Shown here: positions 56,700 through 64,000 of the stretch, in pieces
How positions within the stretch are numbered: position 1 is the stretch's first letter
Layout: each line of letters begins with the position of its first letter
NCBI GenBank assembly: GCA_002245135.1
Contig: NGBS01000319.1
Coordinates: 1 to 64,000 of the forward strand
Direction: 5' to 3'
Origin: Proteromonas lacertae
Lineage: Eukaryota
Length of the DNA stretch: 64,000 bases
Made by a program: the position numbers and the translations under genes
The notes under the pieces: generated by a model
Databases searched by the model: none
Told to the model about the DNA's origin: nothing
Seen by the model: the letters and a program-made list of their open reading frames with translations, nothing else

Positions 56700-57552
56700 T
56701 TTAATTCAATTTAAAAAAACACAAATGTAGTGTCTTTAGTGTTAAATTGAATACTATATTTTATTTAATTTATTTACATATCGCATAACTTGAAAATACG
56801 GTAAATAACTTCCTAAACCATACATTTTGGCTTTTATGAAATGAAAGGTAATACAATGCTTTATATGGAAATGGATTTAAATTTACTATATAATTACCTA
56901 CACCATTCCATAAAGTAGTAATCATTTCAATAGGACCACTGAATTTACGATATATTGGTAAAGATTCCAGTGTATATAAAGTTGTACTCTCTGGCAATAA
57001 TGTCATAGCTTCTAATACAATTTGATATGCTGCAATATGATTTGGATGGTTTGAAATACCTTGAGCATCAAAAGTAATTATATTTGGTATGTCAAATTTG
57101 TTTATAAACTCTGTAACTAGAAACGATCCATGTTGTATATTCCATTGACTCTGCATTCCATCTTGTAATAATGTATCATCAAGAATACTCATATGATCCT
57201 CTCTTATATGGATATATTTTCCTAGCGCTCTTAATTCTTTTATTCTTTGATGACCATATCCGTCGGCATTTCCACAACTTAGACAGAGTATGTAGATATC
57301 TGCTCCTTTCTCTTGTAACATTTGTAAAGTTGGTACCTATCAACTTAATAAATGCAAATATATACAAAGAACATGGATTCATCATCAGGATGAGCAATTA
57401 CCAAAACATACTTTTGATTCTGTAATTGATATTCTGGTGACATAATTGCTTTAGCAACATAGATCATTACAAAAGCAAATATGATCGTTGTAATCAAAAA
57501 GGTGAAGAGAATAACCAAAAATATAATCATGGTGTACAAAAATAATTTTCAT
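56700..57552 (-). CDS. PIGL: GlcNAc-PI de-N-acetylase (3' end approximate)
   Basis: IAHPDDESMFF, CLSCGN, TFDAQGISNHPNH, HKSQNVWFRKL. Confidence 0.95.
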
Positions 57553-57585
57553 AAACCTATTTTAATAATTCTTTTTTTGCTTAAT

Positions 57586-58331
57586 ATGAGTGAATATACA
57601 GAGGGTCATAAAGATTTAGCCCAATTTTTGTTTGTATTAACTATTTATAAACATATCTAGGTTTATTGCGCTGTAGAAGAGAAAGTATTACAGAATGTTT
57701 ATGACAGCTATATGAAAGTGAAGTGTAGTATGTACGTATTGAATTATTTTGTAGATAATGATTCACTGGACGAAGCAATTAATAAAATAGAGAAAAAGTT
57801 AGAGGATTTAAATTTTGGTATTGCTAAGAAATTCAAATATAAAGGTGATAAATTCTATGCTTTATATCCTGAATCTACATTAACTACAATCACTGTTAAT
57901 AAAGAATATCAAGAGTATTTTTTTATTTCACATAATATATATATATATGTAATAGAAAAACTTCAATTTTAACAGATATACTAGAAATAATTTATGAATC
58001 ATGGAAAAGTGATTATTCTTGGAATATGACTGTAAATGATATAAAAGCAACTTTAGCTGAAAAAAGAGAAAAATTGAGAGAAGATTTAGTTCAAGGATAT
58101 ATTGATGAATTTGTTATTTCATTGTGGCTTTATCAACAAGATGAAAATATAACAGTTGGAATTAGATCCATATTGAATTTTCCTGATTTGTTTGATAATT
58201 GTGAAGCTTGTCAAAAAACAGTAGCAGGTGAAACATATTGTCCAAATTGTGGTTGTTTTTATCATTTTCAGTGCAAAATGAGGGCTTGTATTAAATGTAG
58301 TAAACAATTTGAAGATAATAATAGTCAGTAA
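57586..58331 (+). CDS. NSE1: SMC5/6 subunit NSE1 (winged helix plus RING-like)
   Basis: W.....ITVGIRSIL, then CxxC..CxxC..HxxC..CxxC; LNFGI region. Confidence 0.75.
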
Positions 58332-58430
58332 CTTTATATGTATATGTTATAACATCTCATTTATGTTTTTTCTTGTTTTTTGTATTTCAAAATATTTGTT
58401 CGTTTCAAGTAGTTTTTTATTTAAATTTAA

Positions 58431-58811
58431 ATGGGAAGTATATTTTCATCTGAACCTGTTGATTCTATTCAAACGGATAAAAAGGCTATAACAAAGAAAA
58501 TCAAAACTAAAGAAATACCAGAACCTAAAGAAGTACCTACTTTTGTTCCAATTGTGTCGGCTTATGAAGGAAGTGTTTATAAATCACCAGAAAATCCTAA
58601 AGATTATCGATTCATAGCTACTTATGAGAATAATCTCCAATTGAAGAGTATTTTCTTATATATTGATTTATAAATAGGAAATGAAGTAGTATTGGTTAGA
58701 AAAGGTCCTAAAAATACGAATAAGCTTGTTTACTTCAGAAGAGAACCCCAAGATGTAGTTGATCAACCACCAGAACAGTATGTAGAATCTATGTTTGCTG
58801 CACCATCATAA
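58431..58811 (+). CDS. Small hypothetical protein with N-myristoylation-like start (MGSIFS); one intron
   Basis: Two exons splice in frame to TAA at 58811. Confidence 0.5.
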
Positions 58812-58980
58812 TAGTTCTGACTATACCAATAGAATAGTTTATTTAGATAATTTAGCTTACATTTTTGTTTTTTGTAATTATGTTCATTTTGCTTTTTGTT
58901 TAATGAATACTATCTTTAAAAACACACAATAAACAATATATAATATTATTAGTTATTTTTATATATATATTTTTATTTTA

Positions 58981-61286
58981 TTATTCATCTGGAACAAAAT
59001 CCTCAGGTTCACAGGTAATAAAGAACAAAACAATTGAAGTAGCTATTTCTTGTGCTCTACTAGCTTCTTTAGACAATGTACTGGAAGTACTAGGAGGAAC
59101 CATCAAAGCATTAGCAAAGATCATAGCAATAATATCAGAACTCAATTCATTATCTTCAATACTTAATAACTCACGTAAAAATATGATAATGTATAAGAAA
59201 ACATTATAATGTGTTGGTGGAATATCTTCACAAAAATCAGAACTCCAAAATCCCATTCTTTCAGGATCTACTGGTTTAGTTGGAATAACTTTCCATGGTA
59301 CAACATAATTATTCAATGAAGTTAAGAATTCAATTAAAACATCAGCCATTGCATGAACATCTACATTTTCAGGGAAATCTTCACTCACATCTAATGCTTC
59401 TCTAATTGCAGCTGAATCTTCATCACTTCCATGTCCAGTGAATAATCCTTTCACATGTTTACCATGTTGATAGATATAATCAACAATTCTGTATAATTCT
59501 TTAGGGATATTTAAGACTGGTTTCATATCTAATGTTACAGGTGGACTGAATCTAACTGGACCTTCAGTTCTAATTAATTCATCAATTGTTGAACCGAAAC
59601 ATGATTTCATATATTGACCTGTTATACTAATGAAGAAATCTCTACCTCTTTCAGTTCTTAAGATTAATATATCTTCTAAAGAATCAACTCCACTGTTTAG
59701 ATCTTGTGCTGTATTTCTATCAACAAATACAGTGATAGATAATTCACAGGATTCGCCTGGTAAGATTAATCCATAAGATGGTTCTATTTTTAACCATTGT
59801 TTACAGAAATGTGGATCTTCTAATTTATTAACAAAATGATATTTAGCTGGAACATTACCAACATTTTCAATAACCACTTTTTGAGTTGATTTTTCATAAT
59901 ATTTAACATCAGAGAAATTCAATACATCTCTATTCACTTTGATTTGTGGCATTTGTGAGTTTTCAAAACTGTCCATCTTTCTCAATATACTATCTCTCAC
60001 TTCATTCATCTTCTGTTTAATCACATTACGGATTGTTACTGTAGTTGTACAATAAACAGGCTTATGATCAGATGCTTTTAAATCAAAGCTACAACCATAT
60101 TCTAATGACTTCATATGGGATGGATCTGATCCATTCGCACATCTCCATTGTACTCTATCACACCAAGCTGGAGCTCTCTTTGGTTTTTCAGGTCTTTGTT
60201 CATATTTATCAGTTAATGGTTGGTATTTATAAGTTGGAGCAAATGCTATTTTTGGTTCATAAAAGTCTTCAAATGCTAATTTTGCTTCTTTACTTACTAT
60301 TAATTGATCTTTTGCTAATAAAGTCTCCATATCATGTTTTTCTAATCTTTCAAATACAGCATCGGTTGATAAATCAGTAGTAATACGATAGTTCAAATCA
60401 CCAAGCCAAACTACTATATCATGATCTAATATCTTATAATTCTTTCCATCTTCATCGACTGTCTCAAACACTGTTTTATCAATAATTGTATGGTAATTTG
60501 CATTTCTTTCATTTACTTTCTTACGATCAGCTGCTAAGTGAGAACAGATAAAGCACATTGGAGTATTTTTAATATTCATTCTTATACAAGATGCACCTTT
60601 ATTACCCATCAAACCTAACAAGCCTACAGCTGTATTGACAGACTCTATGTCTGTGATAGAATCCACTAATTCGTTCTTTACGTAAATACCTAAGAATACA
60701 CCAACTAAATAAATGCTGTCTATGTAACTGTAATTTTCACCTTCTTTATTTAAACATTCTTGGAGTTTGTCAATCCATTGATGTGATCTTTCTTCACTTT
60801 CCATGGCTAATACGACTGTTGCTGCGGTTAAATCTACCATTTCTTCGAAACCTATTATATATATATCAGCATCTGGCTTGCCACTAGGTGAACCTTTCAC
60901 TAACCATGGGTATGGATCTTCCTTTATTTTTTTACCATTAATATTCCATGTACCTATGAACATCTTATAATTTTCGAATTTGGTGTATTCACCTTCTCTT
61001 CTCTTTAGTTCCTTCTTAATCCAATCTTTTTTGATAAAATCATCAATCTAGATATTAATAAAATGCAATAATTATATACATCTTCGTTTGATTTGTTATA
61101 ATTAGCATCAACATAATCGTATTTTGCTGGATGGATCAATTTTTCTGGAACTTCCTCTCTTGGTGGTGGAACTGGAATTCTAAAAACAATAAAGCATCAA
61201 ATATACTCTTGTAAATCTGTATCTTCATCTTCTTCATCCTCCTTTTGAGGGTTTAATTCTTCGTCTTTATTCTTTTTGCCAAACAT
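58981..61286 (-). CDS. OCRL: OCRL/INPP5B-type inositol polyphosphate 5-phosphatase (5-Pase, ASH, RhoGAP-like)
   Basis: GTWNING, GNKG, SHLAA, WLGDLNYR, PTYKY, PAWCDR, SDHKPV, LEDILIL, IPKELYR. Confidence 0.93.
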
Positions 61287-61390
61287 CACTTATTCAGTCC
61301 TTTATCTAAATTAGGATTCTATCCAATGAAAATCAAGATATTTTAGGCTTGAAGGCTTGTTTTAAATTGATTTGTAATTTTTATAAAATA

Positions 61391-61878
61391 ATGGTATGTA
61401 GAATCAATTATTATATACTATAAACATATATATCACTCATCCATATTTTTATCTATTCATTAATACTATTTAAATAGATATTTGTTTCATTTTTCAAAAG
61501 TTTGGAAGGTAAAGAAGTAATCGTAGAACTAAAAAATGATATTGCAATTCGTGGAACGTATTAACTAGAATATATCATCTATTAGTTTAATAGCAGTTGA
61601 TCAATACTTAAACTTCAAATTAGGTGCAGTTAGTGTTGTAGATTCAGCCAAATACCCACAATTTGTATTTATTATAATTGTAATGTAATATAATAGTTAT
61701 CAATAAAGAATTGCTTTATAAGAGGATCAGTTGTTAGATATGTCCAAGTACCCTCAGAATACGTTGATACAGAATTACTAGAAGATATATCCTTTGAATT
61801 ATGTACTTTTAATCAATTATTTCACCTTAATTATGATTTTAAGCAGCTAGAAAAGAAGAATCACAAAATAATAAGTAA
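61391..61878 (+). CDS. LSM2: U6 snRNA-associated Sm-like protein LSm2 (ATG-only first exon; last intron U12-type)
   Basis: FFKSL..VIVELKND, VDQYLNFKL, SIKNCFIRGSVVRYV, DTELLED|AARKE. Confidence 0.95.
61787..61842 (+). other. U12-type intron, AT-AA ends
   Basis: 5' ATATCCTTT, branch CACCTTAAT; only the AA acceptor gives the conserved LSm2 end LLEDAARKE. Confidence 0.85.
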
Positions 61879-61945
61879 ATTTAGTTTAATATATATATTA
61901 ATTTTGTTATTCTTTTTGTGTATTTAGATGTATATTTGATGTTTA

Positions 61946-63572
61946 TTATGACATTGAATACTTTGCTGCTACTTCTTGTGGTGCAAATTTAACCCAATAA
62001 GTTTGGAATGATTTGTTCAAATTACATGACTTTCCATATCTACTATTTGCATAAGCAACATTCTGATGTAATTGGTTAATAAAAGATACCTTCAAATTAT
62101 TCATATTGAAGATTTGTAAAGTATTTAACAATCTAGTTATAAATCTCAATTCTTTCTCATTATCATTCATTCCTAATAACGTATTACCAAATGCATTTGA
62201 TTGGTTGTATTTAACAACATTATTCTTATCAATTCTAAAGCCATAATAATCAATAACTTGAACAATAATTCTTTTAAATGATTTATAACCTTCTTGACTT
62301 TTAAATTCATCGATTTGTTTGTCACTTAAGAATGGAACAGCTGGATATCTATTAGATATCTTATTACTAGGAATAATCCAATATCTTTCAGATTCTAATG
62401 GTTCAAACCAAGTGTTGAAATTACTAGTATTTATTTGATTTATCACATCAGAAAGTGTAAATGATAATACTGAAATTGTTGTATCTTGATAAAAAGTAAG
62501 TATATTTTCAGGTATAAAACCAGTCTCCAATTGTCCTGCAGTGTAATCTACAATAGATGGTGCATTTGGTGCATCTAATGGTGAGTTTATATTAATAATA
62601 TTATGAACAGGTGAAGATATTGGAGTTATACCTGGTGTTTGTACTACTGTACCATCCTGATTTAATATTTTATCTACATCCATAATACTAGCTAATTCTG
62701 GACTATCTCTGATAAATTCATTTAATAATGTATATTGTGAAACTATTAAAAATATATATATATAACTATATACATCCAATGATTTTATCTTGTATATATC
62801 TATTACCCAATATTTGTGAAACTGTTGGTCTTCTATCAGGATCTTTGGATAATAAATCTCTAATTAAATCATTTAAATATAAATCATCGTAATTACTTGG
62901 ATGGAAATCGTGATGGTCGTATGGTAGAGAAGTACATAACTCATATAATATACAACCTAATGAATACATATCACACCTTTTATCAGGTACATAGGATGGA
63001 TCATCGTTAATTTCTGGTGCTATATAATCTGAATTTCTATTAATTGCATCATTCACTCCATCTGTTCTTTCTAAGACAAAGTTTTCGAGAAAGTCACCTA
63101 AAAGAAATTCTCGATTTACAGTTATGTATATTGTTGAAGGTGATAAATTTCCATGAGCCATATTTGATTTGTGTAATTGACTTAGAGCATGTAATATGTT
63201 TAATAAGAAACGATATATTTCATTCTCTTTGAATCTGAACCTATATCCATTCTTACGGATGTTCTTAGCTATGTATTCTTCTAATGTACCTCCTTGACAA
63301 TATTCAAGTAAGAAGGAAATGTATTTTTCGTCTTTATGAAAATTATAGTAATGAACTATGTATCTGTTGTTCAAATTTGAAATATACTAGTATGAAAAAG
63401 ATAAATAATTTATTATATATACATCATCTACATTACCCTCCGCAAAATCCCTGATTTTATACGTATCACAAGGATACTTCTTCAATAAATAGTATAAACC
63501 TTTACTTCTTGTTTTATAAAGTTCATATGGCTTTCGAGTTTCGATTTCTTCCACTAATGAATAATCTGTCAT
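61946..63572 (-). CDS. NEK-like pseudokinase fused to an OGFr-N-like domain (3 exons)
   Basis: LEYCQGG, HGNLSPST, YIAPE, DMYSLGCILYEL; C-terminal YWIIP, IDYYG, FITRLLNTL, SFQTYW. Confidence 0.7.
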
Positions 63573-63618
63573 TTTTGTTGTTGTGTAATTCAATGTAATA
63601 ATTACAGTCAATTATAAA

Positions 63619-64000
63619 ATGTATGTAACTATAACAGAGACAAAGCAAAAACAGTCAGTTCCCAAAAAAAGAAAGTTGAAAGTGGTAGATATTGCAGATA
63701 GTGATGAAGACGAGATAGAAAATAGAGATAAAAGATCGAAAAAAATAAGATATGATGTTGGTGATATAGTTCATACAAATTATGGCTGGGGAATAATCAA
63801 AGAAAAGAATAGAAAATTTAAAGGTGGTTATGAATACTTGATTAGTTTTGAATGGGGTAAAGTGTATTATAGAGGAATTATAGATGTAACATCTACCAAT
63901 GTTATTGAATCGTATGAACATCCAGCTGATAAAGTATGTCTATTACATATATATTTATAGATTAAAATAGATATTACAGATAGAGAATTAGTTATGCTGC
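63619..64000 (+). CDS. Hypothetical protein, 3' partial (basic NLS-like stretch, beta-barrel-like region)
   Basis: ORF plus a GT-AG intron running off the window end. Confidence 0.5.

Noticed and set aside
61394..61478. snoRNA in the longer first intron of LSM2
   Set aside because: No C/D or H/ACA boxes evident.
1..64000. Stop codons created by polyadenylation (Blastocystis-type)
   Set aside because: The gene ends I traced have genomic TAA/TAG stops; only the PIGL end is ambiguous, and that is not enough evidence.

Overview
Gene-dense, very AT-rich eukaryotic (protist) genomic DNA with about 25 genes, tiny intergenic gaps and many 26-60 nt GT-AG introns. The style (micro-introns, putative-Ig and pseudokinase-LRR families) suggests a Blastocystis/Proteromonas-type stramenopile, but that is inference. 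Housekeeping genes: NAD kinase, MLH3, aldose 1-epimerase, CYTH thiamine triphosphatase-like, PABPN1, Tubby-like, TEX264-like, LETM1, PIG-L, NSE1, OCRL/INPP5B, LSM2. Two main highlights. (1) A single spliced gene of about 3,850 aa (2318-14390) encodes a class C (7TM_3)-like GPCR with nine tandem UrtA/AmiC-type periplasmic-binding domains. (2) There are three minor-spliceosome (U12-type) introns of 56-59 nt, and two of them need non-canonical AT-AA ends to restore the protein. Also present: a DUF4062-NACHT-WD40 protein with a SLOG-like tail, a pseudokinase-OGFr fusion, a calpain with about six C2-like repeats, a pseudokinase-LRR family caught in birth and death, and a candidate TATTCGTT promoter element. 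All calls come from reading the sequence by eye; no searches were run.
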